A stretch of DNA of 64,000 nt from Octopus sinensis (taxonomy: Eukaryota), in the NCBI RefSeq assembly GCF_006345805.1, contig NC_043026.1, positions 1,488,001-1,552,000 of the forward strand, in the 5' to 3' direction. A program made the translations under genes and the position numbers. Under the pieces are notes generated by a model that was not told the origin of the DNA, did no database searches, and saw only the letters and a program-made list of their open reading frames with translations. Shown here one piece after another: positions 25,891-38,817 of this stretch. Within the stretch, counting starts at the first letter, position 1, and every line of letters begins with the position of its first letter.

Positions 25891-25905
<15 letters not shown>
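25525..25905. repeat. compound minisatellite AATTGCATGCATGCTTT(T)(AT)n
   Basis: About eight copies of a palindromic GCATGCATGC core (the first two degenerate) separated by variable (TA)n. Confidence 0.85.
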
Positions 25906-25922
<17 letters not shown>

Positions 25923-26441
25923 AACAAACAAGTGCAGCATGGAAGGTGATTTTAAATGGCTTATAAACACCTTCCATGCTGCAATTGCTTTTGTTTCAGC
26001 ATACAATCTCAGATCAGGTCACTTGCTATGCAAGTACATCTCCGTAATATATATATAATTGTATATATGTGTCTGTGTATAAATATATATTTATTATCCA
26101 GAACACATTTGCGAAAACAATGCATATAAAAAAAAAAAAAAGTGATGCAGTTCTTGATGAGATTTGATCTATGATCCCCCTGGCTTAACACAAGCTTTAA
26201 CAACTTTTCATTGTAGGATAACTTAGATAAAAGTTGAATTAACTAACTGTAACATTTTATTCAGTTAAATGCAAATGGATTAATACAATAATTATATATA
26301 GAATAAGGCCTTTATATACAGATGCACAGATCTATGAATATATATAACATAGACATGTATATATGTGTGTACATATGCAAGAGTGTACACACTCGCACAC
26401 ATATATATATAAAACAGATATGTATATGTGTACATAAGCAT

Positions 26442-26498
<57 letters not shown>

Positions 26499-26714
26499 GT
26501 AGACAATGGAATACAAACACATACATGCATAAAAAGATTAGTGCAAAAATAATAGTAATTCTTATTGGTTAAGATCTGATAGTTAGTTTGGAATACACCA
26601 TTGGGCAGCAATGATATCATTCTACTAATTAATCTGAATGGTTTTGTTTTCACTATTTATCTATATTTATATAATTCTAAATTAAACATGAATAAAAAGA
26701 AAAAGAAGACTTAA

Positions 26715-27024
26715 AAACAAATTGAAATTGATTTAATTGGACGATGTCAAAATGTAACGCAAAGCAAGAGAAATTGCTGCTTGCAATAGCTACACAAAAT
26801 TTGGTAGCAATGCAGCCAAGGAATATGTTTTTCACCTATAGTTCCATGAATATTCTAAAGGATATGAGGGTCTTAAAGATGGTGAAGGTCACAGATGACC
26901 GTCTGCAATAAATAATGACCAATTTTTAAGGACATTACTGGGAAGAAACCACACAGAATGAGTGGTTACATGTGAACTAAAGATTGACCAGTCAACGACT
27001 GCTTGGTATTTGCACCAAGCAGGA
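26715..27024 (+). mobile_element. highly decayed mariner transposase N-terminal fragment
   Basis: Remnants KGYEGLKDGEGHR*PSAINNDQ and ELKIDQSTTAWYLHQAG resemble the mariner HTH region. Confidence 0.45.
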
Positions 27025-27328
27025 ATATATACATATACTTTCATATACATATCTACATATATATATATATATTATATATATATATATATATTATATATAC
27101 ACACACACACACACATACACATAATGCATATAAGAATATATATAATTATATACATATAGACAGACACACAAGATTGAACATGCATATATACACACACAAA
27201 AGAATATACATATTTTATATATATATATATATATATAAATAAATGAGGGGAATAGAAAGTCCAAATAATTACCTATATATTTATATATACATAGGTAATT
27301 ATTTGCACTTTTCTATTTCCCTCATTCA

Positions 27329-27362
<34 letters not shown>

Positions 27363-28345
27363 GAGTTCCATAACATGGCAGCTTGGGATAGTGTCTTTTG
27401 TTACAGCCTCAAGCCAACCAAAGCCAAGCAAGTGGATTTGGTAGACGGAAACTGAAAAGAAGCCTGTCATGTAAATTATATATAATTGTGTGTGAATATA
27501 TGTGTGTATATGAATTTATGTGTACATGTGCATAAATATACATATAGAGACAGATAGACTGTGAGTGAGGGAGGGACAGATAGATAAATAGAGAGAGAGA
27601 GAGAGGGAAATTGACTGAGAGAGTCTAATAGACAGAAAGATTTTGAAAGAAAAGCTGGAAATCAGAGACAAACAGACAGGCACATTTAGTAAGAAAAAAA
27701 AATATTAAAAAAATTTATTGAATTAAAAACAAACAAACAAACAACAAAGAACAACAAAAACAGCAACTGTATGGAGAGGTATAACAACTGGAATATTTAG
27801 TCAATGTAGTCAATTTAGTATGGAAATTTTTGAGAACAGATAAAGAAAGGATTCTTCTTGTTGCATGGTGTATCATTTTTAATTATCATTAATATTATTA
27901 TTATTATTTATTAATTAATTATATTTAGGTGAGGTGGACATAAGAATATTTGCTTTTTTTATAATTTTCTTCTGTTACATTAATTTTAGTTGAACAGAGA
28001 GAAAAAAATAGAGTTAAAAAATTCTAAAAAATAGTCCTTGCCTTGCCCAACATTTTTGGTTTTGTTGAGAAAAAGAAACAAAGAACAGAGAGAAAAAGAA
28101 TGTGGCGGATGCGGCGGTGGTGGTGACAGTGGTGGTGGTGGTGGTGGTGGTGGTGGTGGTGGTGGTGGCAGTGACAGCTTGAGCAACTTTATTCTTAAAT
28201 TGTTTCCATTCTTTTTCATAGGTTTCAGTCACTGGACCAAAAAAAAAAAAAAAGATGCTTGTGTGTGGGAACTGGGCACACAAGGAACCCCTCACAAGGC
28301 ACATCTTAATTGACCTAATCAGGGCTTGAATTACTACGGCTAATT

Positions 28346-28385
<40 letters not shown>

Positions 28386-29362
28386 ATGTGTGTGAGCATT
28401 TATATGTGTGTGTACTACATACATATAGGTATGTACATATATATATATATATATGTATATACATACATATATATATATATATATATATGTATATACATAC
28501 ATACATATATATATATATATAGTATGTATATACATATATATATGTATGTATATACATACATATATATATATATTGTATGTATGTGTGTGGGCATCCATGT
28601 GTGAGCATTTATGTGTGTGTGTACTATGTATGTATATACATACATATACAGATATATACACAGTCTTCAACTGTTTTCATGGTTTCAGTTACAAGACTGT
28701 GGCCATGCTGGGGCATCGCTGTCAAGGATTCACAGATTTCATCGATTGCCACTTATTTTACTGACCTCAGAACAATCAAACAGGTCATAATCCAAAACAT
28801 AAAAAACACAAACATAACATAAGGGTTTTCCTTTTTCTTTCCTCTTCAGGTGTGTTTTTGCTGTGTCCTGCACTCTACCAAGTCTGCTGTCCACTGACTA
28901 CAATGGCAGTTTATAATTTGTTCCTCAACGCTTCCACCATCACTACCATCACCACTGTTCTCTTACTTACTTCCATCTATACTCCCCCCCCCAATCTTGT
29001 ACCTCAAAAGATCACACACACACACACACACACACATACTCATGCCTCTTGACACCTCACACCCAAGCTCAGTGGGATGAAGTGGGAAGAGAGAGAAAGA
29101 AAGAGAGAGAGAGTAGCAAAGGTATGTCCAGCTCATCTACACTTGACACAAAAGCACAGCACAGACACTCTTTCCCCACCATCCTCACAGCTGACCTCTC
29201 ACTCACATGCACTCTGTTATGCTACAATCATTGCACCCCCCCTCCTAATCTACTAGCCACCAAACAAACCAACCCAGCCCTCCCACCCACACAAAGCCAC
29301 AGGATTTTATAAGACTGTGGTTGATACTACAGTTGCATGCTTGCAAAAATATTGTCAGTTTT

Positions 29363-29404
29363 TCAGGCAGTGGCCGGTTGTGCTCCGGGGATCTTTCCAA
29401 GCAC
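29363..29404 (-). CDS. FLOT2: flotillin-2, terminal coding exon (VLGKIPGAQPATA*)
   Basis: Acceptor ttattttgcAG, phase 0. Continues ...GVDISK from the previous exon. TGA at 29365-29363. Too short for the ORF track. Confidence 0.85.
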   Translation of the reverse strand: MLGKIPGAQPATA

Positions 29405-30039
29405 CTGCAAAATAAATAAAATATATAAATAAATAAAACAGTCATCAAAAGAGAAGTTAGACAGACAGACAGACAGCAAAAAACTTTAAAAAACAGACTA
29501 TCCATTCGCATTTAAATCACATTGTTTTGGTTCAAACTAACCAGACCCAGCCTCTCAAACAGTTACATTGCCAAAATCTTGAAGATAGGATGAATTGTTG
29601 GATTAAGTTAAGTGTCAAGCATCATACAGTGACTGGTGGTGATGACAGTCAGCAGCTCATCCCAAACAGAGTAAAGACACCTGAAATCAGCCCTGTGAGA
29701 TGCAAGCATTTTGGAGTGGTTATCTGCTCTTCAGTCACAGAAACTAGACAGGGTGCACTGCGAGCTGATAAGAGAGATTGTCTTCTGATATTCCTAATCA
29801 GTGCCTCACCATAGATAAATTACGTGCTGGCAGTGCTAAGCAGTGATATGTACAAATACAAGGTTATTGTCAGTTCGAAAAAAGCTTGGGGCATATTTGA
29901 ACCCATAAGAAAGTCATTCACTGTGTTTTGTCATGAAGATAATTTCTTGCAGTAAGAATAATCTGAATGCTGAAGGATAAAAAAGGCAGGAGGAAAATAA
30001 CAACAACAAGACTTGGACTATTTATTAATTAACAATGGT

Positions 30040-30197
30040 GCAGACATGGCTGTATGGTAAGAAGTTTGCTTCTCAACCACAAGGATTCCAGGTTCAGTCC
30101 CACTGTATGACACTTTGGAGCTAGTGTCTTCTAATATGGCCTTGGGCTGACCAAAACCTTGTCAGTGGATTTGGTTGACAGAAAATGAAAGAAGCCC

Positions 30198-30247
<50 letters not shown>

Positions 30248-30460
30248 CATGTCTTTGTGTCTATGTTTGTCCCCCATCACCACTAGACACCCAGTGCTGG
30301 TGTGTCCCCGATAACTTAGCAGTCCGGCATAAGAGATCAGATCAATAGAATAAGTACTAGGCTTAAAAAAAAGTCCTGGCGGGGTCGATTTGTTTGACTT
30401 AAACCCTTCAAGGCAGTGCCCCAGCATGGCTGCAGTCAAATGACTGAAACAAATAAAAGC
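30040..30460 (+). repeat. full-length tRNA-derived SINE with (TG)n
   Basis: Head CATGGCTGTATGGTAAGAAGTTTGCTTC..GGTTCAGTCCC; tail CCCCAGCATGGCTGCAGTCAAATGACTGAAAC. Confidence 0.8.
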
Positions 30461-31901
30461 AAAATGGATACAAGTTGTACTACATCTGGTCACTTGGCAT
30501 GCTAGAAATGACAGTCAACTCTTTAGTGTTATAATCAGTTAATGGTAGGAAATTGGCAGATGAAATGCCTTGTAGTCACTAGTGTAGAGGGGGTGGGGCA
30601 CTTTTGGGTCTGCTGTAGATAATGTGTGTTTTTTGTGGGGTCCAGGGGCAGCAAACAGAAGGGCCACCCAGACAGCACACACTCTAGCTATGCTAGTGCT
30701 TGTATTCCAAGGTCACCTTTGTCTTTCATCCTAAATTACAAGACCAGTTGAATAAAGACTGGCAGAGTCAAAGTAATCAGGCCACACTGTTTAGGAGACA
30801 GCTTTACACACACACATTCACTTTCAGGCCAGATCTCTATTGTGGGAATATCCCCCCCCCCCCGAGTCCTCATCATCATTTTAATGTCCACTTTTCGATG
30901 CTTGCATTGGTATTCACAGACTGCGTTTACTGAGGCAGATCTGCAGCCAGATACCTTTCCTTTCTCTCACCTGTTTCCAAGCAAGGTAATATTTCTCATA
31001 TGGTAAGGTGGTGAGCTGGCAGAATCATTAGCACGCTGGGCAGAATGCTTAGCAACATTTAGTCTGTCTTTAAATTCCAAGTTCAAATGCAGCCAGTAAT
31101 TGACTTTGCTGGTCATCCTTTCGGAATCAATAAATTAAGTACCCATTGAGCACTGAGAATAGGTCGATTACATCAACGTATTCGCTTCTCTGAAATTGCT
31201 GGTGTTGTGCCAAAATTTGAAATCAATATTTCCCCATAACCAGACTTGTTCTCATGAAAGCATGGAAACAAAAAAACATCACTTATATGACAGGGAAGCT
31301 TGTTTACAATTATAACATGGTGTCCAAACAATGAGGCACTAACAACTCTTCAAAAAATTTTTAAATAGGGCAAATTAAGAGAAACTGATGGGAAAAGGAT
31401 TTTTCTGTAAGGGCCTTCACAAAAACTTCCCCTTTCAAATCTGTGTTAATCTGTTTTTTGTCTTCAATAAAATTAATAATTTCTAACTTAAGAAAATTTT
31501 TTTCAAATATTGTGATGATATCAAGAAATGTTTCTTACATATGAGATATATATAAGTCATGTCTTCTATAGTCTAAGGTCGACCAAAGCCTTGTGAGTGG
31601 ATTTGGTAGATGCAAACTGAAAGAAGGCCACCGTGTGTGTGTATATATATTTAGGTCACTTTAAACAACAATTCTGGATTCAATAACACTGTGTATAAAC
31701 TCTATACTTGGAACGACCAATTTTAAATACTGTTGGATTTTACTCATAAGGTATTGGAATATGTGTACTATTCTGCCTAAAAAAAAATGGATCTACAAAT
31801 GCAATATCCCTACATATCTCACATCTATTTTCTTTCCTCCACCTCACTCTCTATTTTATATCTTATCTAAATTAATTATTACTTAATCATCCTCTCACAC
31901 C

Positions 31902-31953
31902 GTCTCTGATGAAGGGATATAATCAATAAATATCCTACAAGCAGCTGTAAGAC
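31902..31953 (+). ncRNA. degenerate minimal type I hammerhead-like motif (probably inactive)
   Basis: Stem I GTCT/AGAC, CTGATGA at 31906-31912, stem II GGGATAT/ATATCCT and a CAGCTG palindrome before GTA. The conserved GAAA reads CAAG. Confidence 0.45.
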
Positions 31954-32015
31954 CTTCTATCTATAAATGTTCTAATATCTACACAGCCTTGGGTTTTTTT
32001 ACCTCATTGCGAAAT

Positions 32016-32071
<56 letters not shown>

Positions 32072-32297
32072 TTTTGTTTTGGGATTTGGCTTGCAAGATT
32101 CTTTATATGAGTTTGTGTGTTGAAGCATATTCTGTTGTGTCTGGGGAGAGTCATTTTCTTTTTGTGCCTTGTAATTTAACACACTCACTGGTAAAATTTC
32201 CACTTATTTCTTATTTATATTTTCCTAAAATGTTCGTTGCGTCTTGCAACCTTTTCAATAGACTATTGAAAATATGTATGTGTGTGTGTGTGTGTAT

Positions 32298-32354
<57 letters not shown>

Positions 32355-32422
32355 CATACATACATACAGATATATACATACATACATACAGATATATACA
32401 TATATATAATATATATTATATA

Positions 32423-32453
<31 letters not shown>

Positions 32454-32540
32454 AAAGGATGAAAAGGAACACACGAGTTGATATATATGAAAAAACAAGT
32501 CAAGATAGAAAATGCTAAAATAATTGTATAAAGAACATTT

Positions 32541-32578
32541 CAGTACCGGTTTCAGTCATTTTGAGACCTTTTCAACTG
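32541..32578 (-). ncRNA. minimal type I hammerhead ribozyme candidate, U3-A8 variant (sense to flotillin pre-mRNA)
   Basis: Minus strand CAG-TTGAAAA-GGTC-tcaaaat-GACT-GAAA-CcgGT-A-CTG, with palindromic stem III ACCGGT. Confidence 0.55.
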
Positions 32579-32731
32579 CAACGATTAAATAATTAAATTT
32601 AGAAAAATTAAAAGAAAAGTTTTTTTAAAAGAATATTTGTATAGTGTTCAAATATAAGTGGCATTCTCCTTGTCTCTGCCTTTCTCTGTCTCTCTTGTTT
32701 AATTTTTCTAAATTTAATTATTTAATTGTTA

Positions 32732-32769
32732 CAGTTGAAAAGGTCTCAAAATGACTGAAACCGGTACTG
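32732..32769 (+). ncRNA. minimal type I hammerhead ribozyme candidate, U3-A8 variant
   Basis: Stem I CAG 32732-34 / CTG 32767-69; core TTGAAAA 32735-41; stem II GGTC/GACT; GAAA 32757-60; ACCGGT palindrome; GTA triplet 32764-66. Confidence 0.55.
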
Positions 32770-32830
32770 AAATGTTCTTTATAAAATTATTTTAGCATTT
32801 TCTATCTTGACTTGTTTTTTCATATATGTA

Positions 32831-32908
<78 letters not shown>

Positions 32909-33310
32909 CAATGGGCTTCTTTCAGTTTCCATCTACCAGATCCACTCACAAGGCTTTGGTTGGCCTGAGGCTATAAAAGAAGACACCTTCCCAAAGTGTC
33001 ATGCAGTGGAACTGATCCTGGAACCATGTGGTTGGGAAGCAAGCTACTTACCACACAGCCATGCCTGCATGTATTCAACATTTAAAGATATTTCCACATA
33101 TGTGAAAACAAAAGCAATAAATACAGAGAAAACGTAGAAAAATAATAGAACAAAGAAACCACAAACTTGAAAATAGAAAATTGATATTTAGATATTTTAT
33201 CAGAAAAATGATAAAATATTTTTAAAAAATAAAACAAGAAAAAATTTTCCCTCAAAATATAAAAAAACAATTTTAAATTGCATAAGAAACTACATAAAAC
33301 AAAATTATAT

Positions 33311-33343
<33 letters not shown>

Positions 33344-33354
33344 ATATAAAATAA

Positions 33355-33532
33355 ACAGAATATATATTTTTATGAGCTACAAATAATTTCCTGTAATGAA
33401 AACATCTCTTTTTTGTGCTTTCACAGAAACGTTAGCCTGAGGATTGGATGAAGGCCACAGATGTGCTAAAAATACTCTCTGAGATGCAGTTATTGCATGA
33501 AACTATTAATAGCTCATAAAAATATATATTGT
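33355..33532. repeat. older, shorter foldback element between (TG)n and (CA)n arrays
   Basis: AATATATATTTTTATGAGCTA...CATCTC pairs imperfectly with GAGATG...TAGCTCATAAAAATATATATT. Confidence 0.55.
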
Positions 33533-33592
33533 GTCTATTAAATAATATCTCTCATCAGATTAACTCTTTTGTTAATCTTATCATTGCTGAAC

Positions 33593-33694
<102 letters not shown>

Positions 33695-35572
33695 TTGTTG
33701 TTTTGTTCATCTATTTTTCCTTGCTAGCAGGAGTTATATAAATACATTATTAAGAATGCATTCTAAACAAACACAGAGAAGTACACACACACACGCACAC
33801 ACCAGGCTTCTTTCAGTTTCTGTCAACCAAATTCATTCATAAAGCTTTGATCAGCCTAAGGCTTGTGGGATTGAACCTCAAACCTAGTGGTTGGGAAGTG
33901 AACTTAATCACATAGTTACACTGGCCCCTACAAGTGTGTATGGGAGTGCACACTTACATTATAACATACTTTAGGTTGGAAACAAAGTCCCCACACATTT
34001 TTGACAGGATCATTTTGAGGGTACTTTTTAAATATTTAAAGCAGGGGTTCTCAAGCATTTTTTTAACCTTTAGATTCCTATTTTACTCAAGGGTGGGGAC
34101 CCTCATAGTCAGTTGATGTCTAAAAACTCCCATTATATTTTCATAACAAAACATTATTAAGAAGAGTGTAAAAAAATTGTTAAAATATTCTGTGTATTGA
34201 AGGAATGGAACCAGTTTATTGCAGATCAATTTTAACAAAAGGCAAGTTGCATCGGCCAGGAAAAAGATGAATTGTTGAACATCAAATCAACCTAGATGAT
34301 GTATTAAACTTTCCCTTCCACCCCAGGTAGCAGGAGATGGTAACCCTAACTACTGCATTGGGCTTACTACCCATGTAAACTGTGCAGAAGACATCCAAGA
34401 ACCAAATAACCAAACGATGGTAGCATTGTATGTTAAAGCTTATCACCCACATGAATTCTGCTGAAAGCATTCGGGGACTAACCAGAGTTAGATAAAAGAT
34501 AAAATCATAAATAACAGAATTTTAATAAAGAAGAATTACACACACAACTGGATTATCTCTCAGTTCGTAATTCTGGGTAGCCTTGTTAGACCCTAATGTT
34601 GGATGCAAAAATTTCCAGTTTGTTTATATTCTATGTAACAGTTAAAAAACAAAGAAAGGAAAAAAGAATAATCTGACAATTTTGTTTCCTTGAAAAGACT
34701 GTGGCAAGTCGAGTTTCTCTTGGAAAATCATGAAGGAAAGAGTTTTCAAATCCTTACTCCATTCTGCTACAGATTTATGTTCTTAATTGCTATCAGAACT
34801 TATCAGAATCACGGATTTCACTCTTAGAAATTAAAATCACCCTTATCATCATCATTTAATGCCTATTTTCCAACAGGCATGGATTGGATGGTTTGGTGGA
34901 AACCAGCAAGCTGGAGCGCTGTCCAAGGTCCAGCTTGGCTTCTATGGCTGGTGGCCCTTCCTAATGCCAACCACTTTACAGAGTGAACTGGATGCTTTTA
35001 CATGGTATTGGCAAGGGCACTTTTATGTAATGCTGGCATAGGGCTCTTGTAGGCTAATCCTCTTCAACAGGGAGAGCAGCATTAACACTTCTGCTGTGGA
35101 GGACAGGTCTTCTTGAGTATGGCAAGGGGCTAGATATCTGGTTTAAAAACCACACTTACAATCATGAGCCAAATACTGGTTTAAAAATCACAGCTGTAGA
35201 AACACTGCCAGATCAGACTGGAGCCTGGTGCAGCCCCTGGCTTCCCAGACCCCGCTCGAACTGTCCAACCCGTGCTAGTGCAGAAAATGGACATTAAACG
35301 ATGATGATGACTTATGGATTATATGTTGACTGTCTATTTTGCTAGATTCTTCCATATTTTCCTTTGAATTCTGATTTGCTGCTTGACAACAGGAAATTGG
35401 TATTCATTTTTTATCTGTGGTAAAAAGTTCCAGAAGAATCCACAAGGAAAGAATTCTCTAAAAACTCAAAGCAATCAGTTATCACATCAAACATTGCCGT
35501 ACACTGTTTTGCATAGTGGAATCGTGTTTTCATGAATATACTAACGAGATTTACACTGAAATTTACATTTAA

Positions 35573-35780
35573 CCCTTTAGCAATCAATTTACTCTGTTAA
35601 ATGTATTGCTTATTTATTCACATTGTTTAGAATTAGTCATTTCATAGTTTTGAGCCTTCAATGATGTGATTGTTTAGTTTTAGAATGACTTTCTAGGGTA
35701 AGTGTGAGAGACCAGATCTGGCTAGTTTTGAACAGGTAGAATATTTGGGGCCAGATATGGCCAGTTTGAATGCTAAAGGA
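35573..35780. mobile_element. piggyBac-type MITE (related copies at ~23130-23300 and ~48405-48615)
   Basis: TTAA on both sides (35569-72 and 35781-84). Termini CCCTTTAGCA / TGCTAAAGGA. Confidence 0.7.
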
Positions 35781-37039
35781 TTAAATATGACTAGGTTATC
35801 TCAGGTGGTTCTAGGCAGGTTGGTAACATAAGCCAAAAACAAATTCTCAGGTTGTTTTGGGACAGGTTGGTAATGAAAGGGTGAAACAAAGTAGTACATT
35901 CGACTACCACCCACATGAACTCTGTTGAAAACACCCAAGGAGCAACCAGACAGTGAGGATATGAGGATCAGACCCACCACCTTAGTTCACCTAAGTGAAC
36001 TCAAGTGCTAAAAGCACACAAGGGCCATCAATATGGTTGGCATGTTAAACCAGGCAGTGCATAGGCCTATCCTCCAAGTAAACTCTGCTGAAAGCCTCCA
36101 GGGACCAACCATGGGTTAAACCAGGCAGTGAATTAGCCCTATCAATTAAGTAAACTCTACTAATGATATGTTGTAGTGTGAGGGGCTGACACCTCTCTCT
36201 CTCTTTCTCTCCTACCGGCTTAAGATTAGACTAATTCTCTGATGTTCAGATGTATTGACTCCAGATGCATTCTTTACAAATACTCTCTCTCCTCTGTTGC
36301 CCCAACAGTAACTGGCACTCCATCAGTTAAAATGATGAGGGCTCCAGTTGATCTGCTCAACAGAACAGCCTGCTCATGAAATTAATGTGCAAGTGGCTGA
36401 GTACTCCACAAACACAAGGACCCTTAACACAGGGAGATTCAGCATGACACAGTATGTGACATAGCTGGTCCCTTTGAAATACATGTACTCCACATTTTCG
36501 TCAGCTGAGTGGACTGGAGCAATAAAGTGAAATAAAGGGTCTGGCTGAAGAACACAATGCACCACCTTACAATCAAGAGCCAAATACTCCTAACCACTAA
36601 GCCACGTGCCTTCACGACAGTAGATAAAAGAACATGAGAATATCTCTGAGTCTTCTACTGCCACCAAAATGGCCTCTGTTCTTACCATTTCAGTTTATCC
36701 AAGTAGTCGAACCACAGTAAAAGCTGCACCAAATCCATTGCTCAACAAAAGAATCAAATCTACTGCAACTAGTGTTAGATAGAAACTGCTGCACACTGCA
36801 ACTATTGCAATCATCTAGGGGTGTGACAAAAAGGTGCACCAAACAAACTTACCACCTGGCTACAGGGTCAAAAGACCGTTTACAACACAATGTTAAGACT
36901 TTTGAGCAAGAAGCGGAATTCGGTCTGATAAAAGTCCGAATTTCTGTACAAGGAAGGAATTAAAGAACATGTTAAACATTTCACTTAGAATTTAAGAAAT
37001 TATAACAAAGCAACAACAACAACAACAATAATAATAATA

Positions 37040-38740
37040 ATCCTTTCTACTAAAGGCACAAAGCCTGAAATTTGTGTGGAGGGGGTAAGTCAATCACACT
37101 GACCCCAGTACTTCACTGGTACTTAATTTATCAACTTCAAATGGATGAAAGGCAAAGTTGGCCTCAATGGAATTTGAACTCAGAACATAGCAAGGGCAAA
37201 ATGCTTGGCTAACGATTGTGCCAGCTCACTGCCTTACTATATTATTATTATTATTATTATTACTATAAATAAAAATAATAATGGTTTCAAATTTTGGCAC
37301 ACAATCATCAAGTTTTAGGGAACAGGGTAAGTTGGTTACATCGACCCCAGGGCTCAACTGGTACTTATTTTATCGACCCTGAAACGATGAAAGGCAAAGT
37401 CAACCCTTGAAGAATATGAAGATGGACAAAATGCCGTCAATCATTTTGCTAACAATTCTGCCTTCATCAACAATAATGATTTCAAATTTTGGCACAAGGC
37501 CAGCAATTTCAGAGGAGGGGTAAGTCAATAACTTCGACCCTAATGTGCAATTCATATATATTTAATCGATCCTGAAAGGATGAAAGGTAAAGTCGATACT
37601 GGCAGAATGTAGCGAAAGGGAGACATATTGTTGTGAAGGACCACCAGGAAGGGAAATGAATTCTAATTGATGCAGAAGTCCAAATGTATGCAATGAAATG
37701 GAGAAATTATCAAATGATATTCTTTTACTTGTTTCAGTCATTTGACTGAAGCCATGCTGGAGCACCGCCTTGAAGGGTTTTAGTCGAACAAATCAATTTT
37801 TTAAGCCTAGTATTTATTATAGGAGTCTCTTTTGTTGAACCACTACATTACGGGGATATAAACACACCAACATCAGTTGTCAAGCGATGCTGGTGGAGAT
37901 AAACACAGGCACAAAGACACGCACACACATATATATGTGTGCAATGGGCTTCTCTCAATTTCCATCTACCAAATCCACTCAATGGTGAAAAGAAAAAAAT
38001 TAGAGAAAAAAAATTTCATTAAATAACTGCATAAATATATTGTATTCTTTTCACTCAACTTCTGAAAAAAATTTAACAATGCCAGGAGATATTTTGTCCC
38101 CCATAACTTAGCAGTTTGGCAAAAGAGAACAACAAAATAAGAACTGCAGTTCTATGAAGGAAAAAAGTAAATAAGCCATGAATTCCTAGCCAAACGATTC
38201 TCTCCCTTGCCATAGAGACGACTGAATCAGATTAGAAATTACTTTTATCCAAGTATTAATACCTGGAAATGAAAACAATCAGGATTTAGGGATCAGAACC
38301 AGTAACTGTCCCTTTAATACTTTGGGGATGATAAGAACTATGCAGACAAATACATAGCCAAAACATCCGGACCATACAAACACACAGCATACACAATATA
38401 TTTCTCTTTTCACTATAGACACATGGCAGAAATTTTAGAGAAAGGCTTAAGTTGATTACATCACCCCCAGTACTCAACCGGTACTTACTTCATTGACTCC
38501 AAATGGATGAAAGGCAAAGTCGACCTTTGTCTACAACTTTATCTGGCATGCTAAGAATTCTGCCAGCTCACACCTTCACCAATGAAATAATGATTTCAAA
38601 TTTTTGGCACAAAGACAGCATTTTGAGGGGGGAGGGTAAACCAATTAATCAACCCTGAAAGGATGAAAGGTAAAGTCAACCTTGGCAGAATTTGAACTCA
38701 GAACATAAAGCCAGTGTGCTTACGATTCTGCCAGCTCAAG
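37040..38740 (-). repeat. cluster of about five same-orientation Nin/Deu-core SINE copies plus other SINE pieces
   Basis: GACCCC(C)AG..GGTACTTA..ATCGACCCTGAAAGGATGAAAGG(C/T)AAAGT recurs at ~37100, 37340, 37560, 38460 and 38650. Confidence 0.7.
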
Positions 38741-38817
38741 CTATCACCAATTCAATAATAATAAGAACCGTTTTCTGCATCAGCACAAAGCAAACGATTT
38801 GGGGAAGGGAATAGTCT

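Larger units (their letters stand above)
32483..32827. mobile_element. foldback element (130-bp arms, 3 mismatches) between (TA)n arrays; Penelope-like terminal-repeat derivative
   Basis: Arms 32483-32612 and 32698-32827 with an 85-bp spacer. Each arm holds a hammerhead-like motif. Confidence 0.8.

Noticed and set aside
27986-28313. Poly-Pro/Thr/Gly ORFs (also 40946-40977)
   Set aside because: (GGT)n trinucleotide repeats, not coding.
28830-29312. Plus-strand exon after TTTTCTTTCCTCTTCAG
   Set aside because: The following frames are low-complexity with no recognisable protein. The region is better explained as the antisense of the flotillin 3' UTR.
30045-30115. tRNA genes at SINE heads
   Set aside because: Only A/B-box remnants with no cloverleaf, continuous with SINE bodies.
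36169-36307. Short solo LTR (TGTTG...CAACA)
   Set aside because: No TSD, only ~140 bp, and no second copy in the window.
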